A stretch of 64,000 nucleotides of DNA from an uncultured Planctomycetaceae bacterium (GTDB lineage: Bacteria > Planctomycetota > Phycisphaerae > Sedimentisphaerales > UBA12454), in contig CAYUYR010000010.1 of NCBI GenBank assembly GCA_964449435.1, positions 3,064 to 67,063 of the forward strand. Reading direction: 5' to 3'. Below, in pieces: positions 53,409 to 62,922 of this stretch (the stretch's first letter is position 1; every line of letters begins with the position of its first letter). Both the position numbers and the translations under genes were made by a program. The notes under the pieces were generated by a model. The model made no database searches and was not told where the DNA came from. It was given only the letters and a program-made list of their open reading frames with translations.

Positions 53409-55991
53409 ATGACAGCTTGGGCAAGTACAGGCTTTAAGGGTTTAGATAAAATAATTTGCGATTTGAAAAAGGGCGACAATGTCGTTTGGCAGGTCGATAG
53501 TATAGAAGACTATAGCCGCTTTGTTAGGCCATATATAAAAAAAGCCTTGGATGATAAAAGAAACATTGTCTATATGAGGTTTGCCCAGCATAAGCCTTTA
53601 ATCGAAAATCAGCCGGATGTGACAATATACCAGCTTGATGCAAAGGGTGGCTTCGAAAGTTTTTCCACACAGGTTCACGCTATAATCAGCCAGGAAGGCA
53701 CTGAAGCCTATTATGTATTTGATTGCCTTTCCGACTTGTTGAGTGCATGGGCAACGGATTTGATGGTTGGCAATTTCTTTATGGTTACCTGCCCTTATCT
53801 TTTTGAACTGAACACAATTGCCTACTTTGCCATATTGCGAAATTATCATTCTTTTCAGACTGTTGCCCGTATTCGCGAAACAACCCAGTTGTTGCTGGAT
53901 ATTTATAATTTTGACGGAAACTTTTACATCCATCCCTTAAAAGCATGGAAAAGATATTCGCCTACAATGTTTTTGCCTCATTTGCAACGAGGTGAAGAAT
54001 TTACACCTGTCATAAGCAGCGTTGATGCGAGTAAACTTTTGAGTCACATTTCTCAGAAAAGCCCGAATGGTTCGGCAAGATTTCTCGACCACTGGGACCG
54101 CCTGTTTATGAAAGCAGACAGTTTAACGAAAGCGTCGCCGGATTCAAAAGAAACCAAAGAACTTGTTCGAGAGCTTTGCAGAATAATGGTTGGACGAGAA
54201 AAAAGAATTTATCAGCTTGCTCAAAACTGTTTTTCTCTTGGGGATTTAATAAATATCAAGAACAGATTGATTGGCAGCGGCTTCATCGGCGGCAAGGCCG
54301 TCGGAATGCTGCTGGCTCAAAAAATATTAGCAAATGATAAGTCGTTCGATTGGGATCAATACCTGGAACCGCACGATTCATTCTATGTCGGCTCAGATGT
54401 TTTCTACAGCTACATAGTTGAAAACGGCTGGTGGAAACTTCTTGTGAAGCAGAAAACAAAAGAAGACTATTTTAACGCAGCTCCTGAAATGAGAGAGAAT
54501 CTGCTGCGAGGTAAATTCCCTGACCAGGTTCGTGAGCGGTTTCAGGAGATAATAGAATATTTCGGCCAATCACCGATTATAGTCCGGTCAAGCAGTCTGT
54601 TGGAAGATTCGTTTGGCAATGCATTTGCTGGAAAATATGAAAGCCTGTTCCTCGTAAACCAGGGCGACCCCGAACAGCGTTACTCTGAATTTGAAGAGGC
54701 TGTGCGAAGAGTTTATGCAAGCACTATGGACGAAGATGCTCTTGTATACCGTTTACAGCGGGGGCTTGACCAGCAGGATGAACAAATGGCCTTGCTCGTC
54801 CAACGCGTATCAGGCTCCTATAAGAAAAGTTACTTTTTCCCCGACCTGGCCGGCGTAGGTGTCTCATATAATACTTTTGTCTGGAAATCCGAACTTGACC
54901 CCAAAGCCGGCATGCTGAGGCTTGTCTTTGGCTTGGGGACTAGAGCTGTAGACCGTGTTGAGGATGATTACCCGCAAACAATAGCTTTGGACCAACCGTT
55001 GTTACGGCCTTATGCAGATAGAGAAGGTGAAAGCAGATTTTCACAACATAATGCCGACCTTCTCGATACCAACCAAAACTGTTTGAGAACTGTTAGCGTG
55101 ACTGACCTGTTGAATGACGAACTCAATATAAAACTGGACTTGATTGCAGATTCGGACCCGCATACCGAGCGAAAGATGAAAGAACTTGGTATGAAAGCTC
55201 AAAGATATTGGATACTGACATTTAAGAAGCTCTTGTCAAATACCAAATTCACAGAAATAATGCAGAAAATACTCAAAACCCTGGAAAAATATTATCAATA
55301 CCCCGTTGACATAGAATTCACGGTTAACTTTACAGATGATGATTTGTTCAAAATCAATTTAGTTCAATGCAGACCCCTACAAACCAAAGGAATAAAAGCA
55401 AGCATACAATTGCCTGAAAACATCAAATCTGAAAAAATCCTTTTTGCTTCACATGGCTACACGATGGGCGGTAGTATCTCCCAACCAATTAAAAGAATTA
55501 TTTATGTTGACCCACAAGCATACGTAGAGATGCCGGTTTCACAAAAATACAGTATCGCAAGGCTAATAGGAAAATTAAACCGTCAGATAGCTAACAGGGA
55601 AATTACTCCGACCATCCTGTTTGGTCCCGGCAGATGGGGTACTACCACGCCAAGCTTAGGCGTTCCAGTTAATTTTGCTGAAATCAACAAGACAACAGTG
55701 CTTGTTGAAATAGCCTGCGAAGGGGGAAATCTGATGCCGGAGCTTTCCTTTGGCACTCATTTTTTTCAGGATCTGGTTGAAAGCGATATATTTTATGTCG
55801 CTCTTTTCCCACAGAAAGAAAGTGTCGTGTTCAACAAGGATAAGCTCGCAGAAATGCCCAATTTACTCACTGATTTTTTCCCAGAAGAGCATAAGTATGA
55901 GGATGTTGTCAAGGTATATGATATTAACACTGGCCAACTCCAAATCATGTGTGACGTAGTATCCCAAAAAGTCGTTTGTTTCTTCAGATGA
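53409..55991 (+). CDS. PEP/pyruvate-binding (PPDK N-terminal type) domain protein with a P-loop-less KaiC/RecA-like N-terminal domain
   Basis: 860 aa. The centre matches the pyruvate-phosphate-dikinase ATP-grasp domain (GGKAVGMLLA, VRSSSLLEDSFGNAFAGKYESLF). I see no phospho-His swivel motif. The N-terminus TGFKGLDKIICDLKKGDNVVWQV resembles the KaiC/RadA lead-in but has no GxxxxGK[ST]. It starts 3 nt after the activator gene. Confidence 0.75.
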   Translation: MTAWASTGFKGLDKIICDLKKGDNVVWQVDSIEDYSRFVRPYIKKALDDKRNIVYMRFAQHKPLIENQPDVTIYQLDAKGGFESFSTQVHAIISQEGTEAYYVFDCLSDLLSAWATDLMVGNFFMVTCPYLFELNTIAYFAILRNYHSFQTVARIRETTQLLLDIYNFDGNFYIHPLKAWKRYSPTMFLPHLQRGEEFTPVISSVDASKLLSHISQKSPNGSARFLDHWDRLFMKADSLTKASPDSKETKELVRELCRIMVGREKRIYQLAQNCFSLGDLINIKNRLIGSGFIGGKAVGMLLAQKILANDKSFDWDQYLEPHDSFYVGSDVFYSYIVENGWWKLLVKQKTKEDYFNAAPEMRENLLRGKFPDQVRERFQEIIEYFGQSPIIVRSSSLLEDSFGNAFAGKYESLFLVNQGDPEQRYSEFEEAVRRVYASTMDEDALVYRLQRGLDQQDEQMALLVQRVSGSYKKSYFFPDLAGVGVSYNTFVWKSELDPKAGMLRLVFGLGTRAVDRVEDDYPQTIALDQPLLRPYADREGESRFSQHNADLLDTNQNCLRTVSVTDLLNDELNIKLDLIADSDPHTERKMKELGMKAQRYWILTFKKLLSNTKFTEIMQKILKTLEKYYQYPVDIEFTVNFTDDDLFKINLVQCRPLQTKGIKASIQLPENIKSEKILFASHGYTMGGSISQPIKRIIYVDPQAYVEMPVSQKYSIARLIGKLNRQIANREITPTILFGPGRWGTTTPSLGVPVNFAEINKTTVLVEIACEGGNLMPELSFGTHFFQDLVESDIFYVALFPQKESVVFNKDKLAEMPNLLTDFFPEEHKYEDVVKVYDINTGQLQIMCDVVSQKVVCFFR

Positions 55992-56361
55992 GGCATAAGC
56001 ATCATTTTTGCCTATATACGTACACCATTGGTAAGCGATACATCTCAGAAATCTGTCGAAGAGAAGGCATCGTAGCCAGCATTCATTACAAATGGTCAAA
56101 AGGTATTTCTGGAGGCAGGCAAAAATGGTCTTACCCGTGAAACTCTTCGCGCCGCCCGCCGCGGTTTTGCGACGCCGTTTACGAATCGTTTTGAGGATAG
56201 TGGATAAGTCAAAAATAAGCAATAATTCACAATTACCAGAATTACAGGAACTTATGGATGTTATTTTTTGCGGATAAAGAAAACACCAGAGAGGCTAATC
56301 CTCTCTTTGTAGTTTACTATAACTGCTTAATTTTAAGTGAGTTATGAAATGATATAGAAAA

Positions 56362-56450
<89 letters not shown>

Positions 56451-56547
56451 GGATAAGAACGGAGAAACAATTCTAAACAAATATCCCCTGAAACTCAAGT
56501 TTAATAAGTTGGTTAGTTCTCGTAATTGCCGCTGGTTTGCCTGAAAC

Positions 56548-58173
56548 CTATTGGTTATTTGCAGTGTTTATCGGAAGATAAATAGACACTATACCAAGAT
56601 TGTGGACGACTTTATAATTGGCCATAATGTAATCGTAAATAACCGGCGTATTAACTTGTATCCAATCAGTTTCTGTAATTATTATTACCTTAGGCGGGTC
56701 TTTTTTTGCCTGTTCAACGAGGGCTAAATGGTCCTCAACAGGTTGATCGCCCGACCAGAGATAATTCCACCGTGTTGGATTATGCCGTTCCGACAAAAAA
56801 TAATACATCGGGGCATAGGGCAGACAAAGAATCGCGTCATTCGGTTCGGCATAGAATTGTATTGCTTTGATGATAGAGGTTGTTGTTTGGACATGTCCTA
56901 ATTCTAACCAAATACCGCCCCGATTAAGCGGAAGTACTGTTCTGTGTATATTTATAGTGTCTATAAACGAAGATTTCATATAAAGCAGAAACAATATAGT
57001 AAGCATACCGACCGTCATAAAGACGGCAGTTTTTGGGCTGCGTGATGCTGGCAGGCCATGCCGTATATGCCATTTTTCAATCGTATTGCGTACCAGCGTA
57101 TCTGTGCACCACGCGCATAGAATAAAAAACGGCGGGAGTGCAATCACTAAATGATGCAAGTCCGAGCGTGTAATTACCTGAAGGTAGAAAAGTAACGATA
57201 TTATCAGAAGAAACCCGATGCCGGCATGCTCCATACGAAATCGCTGACGAATGAGAGTTTTTACTATCCATATTGCTGTCAGTACACAGACTATGAGGGG
57301 CAGATAAAACATTACTACAATAATATTTTCACGAAGCGGCAATTCGGGGTAAAATATGGGCATTGGAAGCGAACTTGTTTTAGCGTACATGGTCAGTAAA
57401 AAAACTATCAATTGTTCGAGCATATATGAGGCAGAGCCACAAACGAGCCAATAAACCACTGACGGCAGCATTATTGCTAATATTCCTGCAGCCCAGAAGC
57501 CAAGTATTCGGCCGATATATGGTTTATCAGTAATGTTGTAATTAACATGTTTGGCCGCCCATACATAAATCAGAACAGCAGTTATCAGATAAAGGCCCTG
57601 GTCGTGGCGGGATAATATTGCCGCGACAGTTGCTAATCCTGCAAGAAACGCCCAGAGTCGCCGCCCAGTTGCCATCGCACGCATAAGAAGAAATACTGTC
57701 ATAAGGGTTGCTAATATGCCATGCCAGACCGCATACGGCACAAAATTGAAAAGAGGCATTCCTATCATTGCCGCTGATATCGCAGCCAAAAATGATAAGA
57801 TGTGACCAGTTATGTTTCGTGATATTCCATAGACGAGTAAGGCGATTAGAATATAAAAACAGAGTCCTAACGTTCGCAGAGTTGCCAGCGAAGTGCCGAA
57901 GAGTTTGAATGCAGTTGCTAATGTGTAAAAAGACAACGGTGACTGGAGACTGACAAAATCGCGATTCGGGACCTGACCATCCATAACTCGTACCGCCCCA
58001 TAAGCTAAAAAGCCCTCATCGCCTAAATCGATGTTTATCAGGTAACGAGGCAAGCCTATTGCCAGGCAAAGGGCTATAATCAGCAGGCAGCAAAAGATAT
58101 CGCCAGCCGGCAATTTGGGTCTTGCTGTCGTGCTGACAACATTTTGGGAAATGTTTTTTTTCTTTAATCTCAT
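56548..58173 (-). CDS. Polytopic membrane glycosyltransferase (PMT/ArnT-like, GT39/GT83-type)
   Basis: 541 aa with at least 10 predicted TM helices. The first loop has an acidic motif (DLGDEGFLAY), as in lipid-carrier-dependent GT-C enzymes. The C-terminal domain is soluble. Confidence 0.65.
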   Translation of the reverse strand: MRLKKKNISQNVVSTTARPKLPAGDIFCCLLIIALCLAIGLPRYLINIDLGDEGFLAYGAVRVMDGQVPNRDFVSLQSPLSFYTLATAFKLFGTSLATLRTLGLCFYILIALLVYGISRNITGHILSFLAAISAAMIGMPLFNFVPYAVWHGILATLMTVFLLMRAMATGRRLWAFLAGLATVAAILSRHDQGLYLITAVLIYVWAAKHVNYNITDKPYIGRILGFWAAGILAIMLPSVVYWLVCGSASYMLEQLIVFLLTMYAKTSSLPMPIFYPELPLRENIIVVMFYLPLIVCVLTAIWIVKTLIRQRFRMEHAGIGFLLIISLLFYLQVITRSDLHHLVIALPPFFILCAWCTDTLVRNTIEKWHIRHGLPASRSPKTAVFMTVGMLTILFLLYMKSSFIDTINIHRTVLPLNRGGIWLELGHVQTTTSIIKAIQFYAEPNDAILCLPYAPMYYFLSERHNPTRWNYLWSGDQPVEDHLALVEQAKKDPPKVIIITETDWIQVNTPVIYDYIMANYKVVHNLGIVSIYLPINTANNQ

Positions 58174-58219
58174 GCTTTGCGGTACTCTGTCAGTTCGCTA
58201 TAAGCAGGTAAGTTTATGG

Positions 58220-58990
58220 TTAATTAAATATCTTCATTCCTTCTTGTCTCAGATATTTTTTCAGTTCAGGAATTTTAATAATATTAAAGTGAAAGACCGA
58301 AGCGGCAAGCAGTACGGTAGCGCCCGCTCTGGCGGCATCAGCGAAGTGCCTCATTTCGCCTGCTCCGCCTGATGCGACGATTTCAGCACTTGTAGCGTCG
58401 GCGATTGCCTTTATCAGCGGCAAATCATAACCGGTTTTTGCGCCGTCGGTTGCCTTGCTCGTCGGCAGGATGACTTTTACGCCGAACGAGTCGATTTTTT
58501 TCGCCCATTCGACGGCATCTGTGCCTGTGGCGGTTCTGCCGCCGTCGATATAGACTTCGTAGCCGCTGGGCAGTTTGGGATTTTTATCGACGTCGATTGC
58601 GACGGTTACTTTTTCTGCGCCGAACTGTTTGACCATTTCGGCAATCATATCGGGTTTTCGAAACGCTGCACTGCTCGTGGATATTTTATCAGCACCGGCA
58701 TTAAGAACGGCCTCGGCTGTTTTAAGGTCGCTGATTCCGCCGCCGACGGTGAACGGGATAGTGGTAACAAATGCTGTTTTTTTGACGACGTCGAGCATAG
58801 TGGGCCTGTTTTCGACGGTGGCGGTGATGTCGAGCATAGCCAGTTCATCGGCGCCGGCTTCGCAATAAGCTTTTGCGCATTCGGCGGGGTCGCCGGCGTC
58901 TTTTATATCGACAAAATGAACGCCTTTTACGACTCTGCCGTTCTGCATGTCGAGGCAGGGCATAATTTTTACTTTTTTGTCACTTTGCAT
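58220..58990 (-). CDS. hisF: Imidazole glycerol phosphate synthase cyclase subunit
   Basis: 256 aa with IMPCLDMQNGRVVKG and GGGISD...ASGGAG. It stands alone, with no adjacent hisH or hisA. Confidence 0.93.
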   Translation of the reverse strand: MQSDKKVKIMPCLDMQNGRVVKGVHFVDIKDAGDPAECAKAYCEAGADELAMLDITATVENRPTMLDVVKKTAFVTTIPFTVGGGISDLKTAEAVLNAGADKISTSSAAFRKPDMIAEMVKQFGAEKVTVAIDVDKNPKLPSGYEVYIDGGRTATGTDAVEWAKKIDSFGVKVILPTSKATDGAKTGYDLPLIKAIADATSAEIVASGGAGEMRHFADAARAGATVLLAASVFHFNIIKIPELKKYLRQEGMKIFN

Positions 58991-59000
58991 TATTCACCTT

Positions 59001-59477
59001 TTAAAAACCGTTATCTTTACGCTGTCTTTTCACGCTGAAAAAGTCCTGCAACATTTTCGAGCAGTCATCCGCAAGGATGCCTTTGGTTATTTCGAGCCTG
59101 TGATTAAGGCGTTCATCCTGAACGATATTGTACAGGCTGCCGCAGGCGCCGGTTTTCGGGTCGTCGCAGCCGAAGACCAACCTATCGATTCTGGCCAGTA
59201 CCAAAGCGCCGGCACACATAGGACAGGGCTCTAATGTAACATAAATTGTGCAGTTGAGCAATCGCCAATGTCCGATATGCTCGGCGGCGGCGGTTAATGC
59301 GATTATTTCGGCGTGGGCGGTAGGGTCGTTGAGCTGCTGGCGCTGATTATAGCCCTTGGCGATAATTTTATTTTCGCGGACTATTACGGCTCCGACGGGC
59401 ACATCGCCGTTTTCGAGAGCGATATTTGCCTGGTCGATAGCTGCCCGCATAAATTGCTGGTCTTGTTTTTCGTCCAT
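59001..59477 (-). CDS. tadA: tRNA adenosine(34) deaminase
   Basis: 158 aa with the CDA zinc motifs HAEIIAL and PCPMCAGAL. Confidence 0.94.
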   Translation of the reverse strand: MDEKQDQQFMRAAIDQANIALENGDVPVGAVIVRENKIIAKGYNQRQQLNDPTAHAEIIALTAAAEHIGHWRLLNCTIYVTLEPCPMCAGALVLARIDRLVFGCDDPKTGACGSLYNIVQDERLNHRLEITKGILADDCSKMLQDFFSVKRQRKDNGF

Positions 59478-59523
59478 TATCTAAAAGGGGAAAATAGGAT
59501 TATCTACCTGCACAGTTTAAAAA

Positions 59524-59591
59524 TACGGCTGGGTGGATGATTATCGAACTGCTATTTCCGCCCATCCCATCTATCTTGATCCGCCAATAAT
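59524..59591 (+). repeat. Direct repeat A flanking the radical SAM/methyltransferase-like cassette
   Basis: The core tacggctgggtggatgattatcgaactgctatttccgcccatccc (59524-59568) matches 62435-62479 at 41/45 positions. The next 23 nt match at 14/23 with no indel, at a constant offset of 2911 bp. Confidence 0.85.
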
Positions 59592-59630
59592 CATGAATAA
59601 TCAATCCTGTCTAACATAAAAATTCAGTTT

Positions 59631-60572
59631 TTAATCGGAAAACAAACTGTCCTGGGGATTCTTCAATTCACGAGTAATATAACAGCTTTCGTCTGTGATG
59701 TCACTATTTTTACAGCCGCAAATATGTATTTTTATGCCATAATTGTTTGCAATTTTCCTGATTCTTTCAAAACTTAATATCCTGACTTCTAATGGTAACA
59801 TTTTTCCTTTTGAGTTTTTCAGGCCTATAGATAAATTAACCCCTTCCGAGAAAGGCTCCAGAATTTTATCCACCAATCCCGTATCAGCAATATTTTTTTT
59901 GAGACTGGATATTATAGCAGGCCTTAAAAAAAGAAAACTAATGGCAATTTCTTTACAACCTACTTTGGTAACTGCTGAAAACAAATCGTGCAATTGTTCA
60001 TCCCTGTCCGTAATATTATGTATTAATGGGTCGCATCTGACGGATATTTTGACTCTAATTTTGATTAGTTTTTCAAGCTGATTAAGGCGTTCCTGTGCTT
60101 TAGCAGCAGCAGGTTCAATTACGCTTAGAATATTATCGTCAATGGATGTAAGACCAATCTGGCCGGCTATTTTAGAATGATACTTTTCAAATAACTCAAG
60201 AAAATTATGTGATATTTTGCCTTTAGTAACAAACTGAACACCAATACCGTTTTCCAATATGGTTTTCATTACATCAAAGGTAACTTGTTGAATTTGTGGT
60301 ATCGGCTGAAAAGGATCGCATGAAGGGCAGAAATAAATAGCGATTGGCTTTTTGCGTTTACATTTTATTTCATCCGCAATTCGTTCCGCCATATTTTCAT
60401 AGATTTCTATTGCATTATCTCCGGGATAAATGGAGTAGCCTTTAGTATAGCAATATATACAATTATGTGTACATCCTGCAGATATGTTTACGGTAGGAAG
60501 ATTTGCCAGACATCTCAAGCCGGATGGCGAAAGAAAATTTGTTTTGCGACGTTTAGTAATTATTTTCAGCAT
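59631..60572 (-). CDS. Radical SAM protein, SplB/PA0069-like (DNA-photolyase-like COG1533 type)
   Basis: 313 aa with ISAGCTHNCIYCYTKGY (CxxxCxxC in the GCxHxCxYCY context typical of this family). The gene is AT-rich. It overlaps the upstream gene by 7 nt. Confidence 0.8.
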   Translation of the reverse strand: MLKIITKRRKTNFLSPSGLRCLANLPTVNISAGCTHNCIYCYTKGYSIYPGDNAIEIYENMAERIADEIKCKRKKPIAIYFCPSCDPFQPIPQIQQVTFDVMKTILENGIGVQFVTKGKISHNFLELFEKYHSKIAGQIGLTSIDDNILSVIEPAAAKAQERLNQLEKLIKIRVKISVRCDPLIHNITDRDEQLHDLFSAVTKVGCKEIAISFLFLRPAIISSLKKNIADTGLVDKILEPFSEGVNLSIGLKNSKGKMLPLEVRILSFERIRKIANNYGIKIHICGCKNSDITDESCYITRELKNPQDSLFSD

Positions 60573-62161
60573 ATTTTAATCCCGGGTAAAATATTTTCAT
60601 ATCTCTTGTCGCAAACAGCAAGAACCTGAGATGAATAGCGCAAGTCAGTATTAATCGCAGATATAACACAATTCAAATTATATTCTTGAATATGTTTAGC
60701 CAAATAGTTTACCGTCAAATCGACATCTTCGATAAGAGTCAGTTTGGCAATTTTCGATAATTTTTCAATAATGCTTTTGCCTTCAGAATTCAAAAGAGAT
60801 AAATGATTGAATTTTCTTACAGGATAATAATAGAAGTCATCCCCAGTATCCATACCCATGCAAGTCAACATTGCATTATAGTAGTCTGTTAAAGAAATGA
60901 CTCGGTATGCGGAGCGGTCTGCTGACAATCGGGTTTTGGCGTTAGTATGTACGAGATTTTCGGGGCAGTAATTTCCTGGGTTAAGACAATGGATGGGATT
61001 ATATTTTTTATTGATTATAATTTCTGGAGCGAACTGTTGACCCGAAATATACCATACCCTGCCTTCGTCATCCGAACTTTCAATATCAAATAAGCTCAGG
61101 TTATTAAGAAGACGGCACATTAAAACCACATCCAATTGATGCGTTTCTGACTGTTTTCTTATCCAATTAATATAGTCTATTTGCTGATAATCCAAATATG
61201 ACATATTTGCCCTGATTTGGCCTTTGGAGAAATGGCGAGCCGGGTTTTGTACTCTCGAACCAATAATAGAGCCGTTCAAATACCAATTATCTTTAGCGCT
61301 TCTATCCTTGTCAAGTATATGCTCCCATATATGCCGAAGCATAATGCCGCTGCCACCGCCAATATCAGTAATGTTTACATCACGATTTTCGTTATTATCA
61401 TTAGCTAACGAAGATTTAAGAAATGGATGTATCGCAGATTCCGCCAACATCTGAGCCCTCGGCTTGCTTCTGGGATCTGACTTACGCGAAAAACCGTTTA
61501 CAAACGATTCAATTAGCGTGAAAGATTCGCCTCTATCATCAAGACTCGCGGCAGGATACATAAAAATTGAAAAGTCTGGATCATTCGATATACGATATTG
61601 ACGATAATGGTAAAAAAGTTTATTGTCAGAAGAAGACTTGAGCATAATTATGGGTAGATATTTAGGGTCTTCATTGGAAGAGTTTTTGCCGAGATGAGCA
61701 AGTAGATATCCTGGGTTTTTGTGGCTTGTTGTACCAGCAGCTATTCCCGATTTATTACCATGCCAACGTATAGCAAAATTTTCCAATGATAATAATTTGC
61801 AAAGCAACTCCAACACATAAGAGTCATTTCGATTATTTAACCATTTGGAAAGTAAGGTAAAGTATCGGTAGCAATATTCGCTAAGACAATCTAATCGAAA
61901 ACCGCTATCAAAATACGCTCCTCGTGCCTTTTCAAAATATAAGAATGAATCTCGTTCCAGCAAAGCTTCACTAATATTCCAATACGAATCCCAGCTTTGC
62001 TTTTTAATTTCAATCCTGCCATGCCAATCAATTTCTATTGCAGCAACAATTTCCTTTGATACAAATGCTTTGACTAAATTGGCTTTAATATATTCCCGTT
62101 CCAAGCCCGGCAGATGTTCAATGGGTGAATAATCAGAATTCGACACTTTGTTTTCCCGCAA
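60566..62161 (-). CDS. Hypothetical 531-aa protein with a class-I SAM-methyltransferase-like C-terminal half
   Basis: Motif I-like VNITDIGGGSGIML and a later DVVLMCRLLNNL strand. The N-terminal roughly 270 aa contain no motif I recognise. The codon usage is AT-rich. Confidence 0.65.
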   Translation of the reverse strand: MRENKVSNSDYSPIEHLPGLEREYIKANLVKAFVSKEIVAAIEIDWHGRIEIKKQSWDSYWNISEALLERDSFLYFEKARGAYFDSGFRLDCLSEYCYRYFTLLSKWLNNRNDSYVLELLCKLLSLENFAIRWHGNKSGIAAGTTSHKNPGYLLAHLGKNSSNEDPKYLPIIMLKSSSDNKLFYHYRQYRISNDPDFSIFMYPAASLDDRGESFTLIESFVNGFSRKSDPRSKPRAQMLAESAIHPFLKSSLANDNNENRDVNITDIGGGSGIMLRHIWEHILDKDRSAKDNWYLNGSIIGSRVQNPARHFSKGQIRANMSYLDYQQIDYINWIRKQSETHQLDVVLMCRLLNNLSLFDIESSDDEGRVWYISGQQFAPEIIINKKYNPIHCLNPGNYCPENLVHTNAKTRLSADRSAYRVISLTDYYNAMLTCMGMDTGDDFYYYPVRKFNHLSLLNSEGKSIIEKLSKIAKLTLIEDVDLTVNYLAKHIQEYNLNCVISAINTDLRYSSQVLAVCDKRYENILPGIKIC

Positions 62162-62434
62162 TCCGATTGATATTCAAAAACTTCTCAATTCCAAAACCCG
62201 ATTTTGGCAGGTTTTACCATAAAAACCAAGCTTAAATAGCTAAGAAAATTTCTATGTGATAAAATGGTATTATAAACAGGTGTGTAAAAATTATCGAACT
62301 TTCACAACATTGTTAAAAATAAGAGCTTACGCTAAAACCACCCACAAAAAATAAAACAAGGCCAACATTTTCGAACATGAAAGCCATCTTTATTTCCCTG
62401 TTCACCTGCTCTATTTTTTGCCTCTGGCAAAGAC

Positions 62435-62502
62435 TACGGCTGGGTGGACGATTATCGAACTGCTTTATCCGTCCATCCCGTTACTATAGACCTGCCAATT
62501 AT
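62435..62502 (+). repeat. Direct repeat B flanking the cassette
   Basis: See repeat A. An additional 11-nt fragment, attatcgaact, recurs at 62290-62300. Confidence 0.85.
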
Positions 62503-62572
62503 AGCATAAACCGCGTTTTTGCGTCAAAAACTTGACATGATTGTACAAGGTGCCGCTGTCTTAGGCAATCTG

Positions 62573-62598
62573 AAAAACTGAGCTATAGCTCAGTTTTT
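62573..62598. terminator. Perfect 26-bp palindrome; probable bidirectional intrinsic terminator
   Basis: aaaaactgagcta|tagctcagttttt. The 6-bp stem ctgagc/gctcag has a tata loop and is flanked by A5 on one side and T5 on the other. Confidence 0.55.
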
Positions 62599-62922
62599 GT
62601 GATTTTGTCAAAAATGTTTAGATTAAGCGGTACTCACTTGACGAAGAAGACGGGATTCGATTTGCCCTCTTTCTGTAAACTCATTAAAAACCTGTTTAAC
62701 TCCAATAAAAACAAAGATTTAGAGTCTCTCGTTTCTTTGCTGTTGTCCTCGCACGATTTTTTACTGTCTTAAACTCAATTTTGATAGGACAGTTTGAGGA
62801 TAGCGAAAAACTGTTCACTGAAACAACAAGAAGGTTTTAATAGAACTCGGATTAGTTTGTAGTGAGCAGATTGAAAGAATTTATGAAACATTGCAGTCGG
62901 CATGATATATGGGACATTTTAT

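Noticed and set aside
59524-62502. Integron attC sites, or prepilin gene fragments, as the identity of the flanking repeats
   Set aside because: The repeats have no GTTRRRY / RYYYAAC core pair and no integron integrase is nearby. In another frame they read AGW(M/T)IIELL, which resembles a prepilin methylation motif, but stops follow within 10 codons and no hydrophobic helix follows.
62573-62598. tRNA 5' fragment (gctatagctcagtt) marking an integration att site
   Set aside because: Only about 14 nt resemble a tRNA acceptor/D-arm, and integrases duplicate tRNA 3' ends rather than 5' ends. The perfect palindrome with A/T runs is better explained as a terminator.
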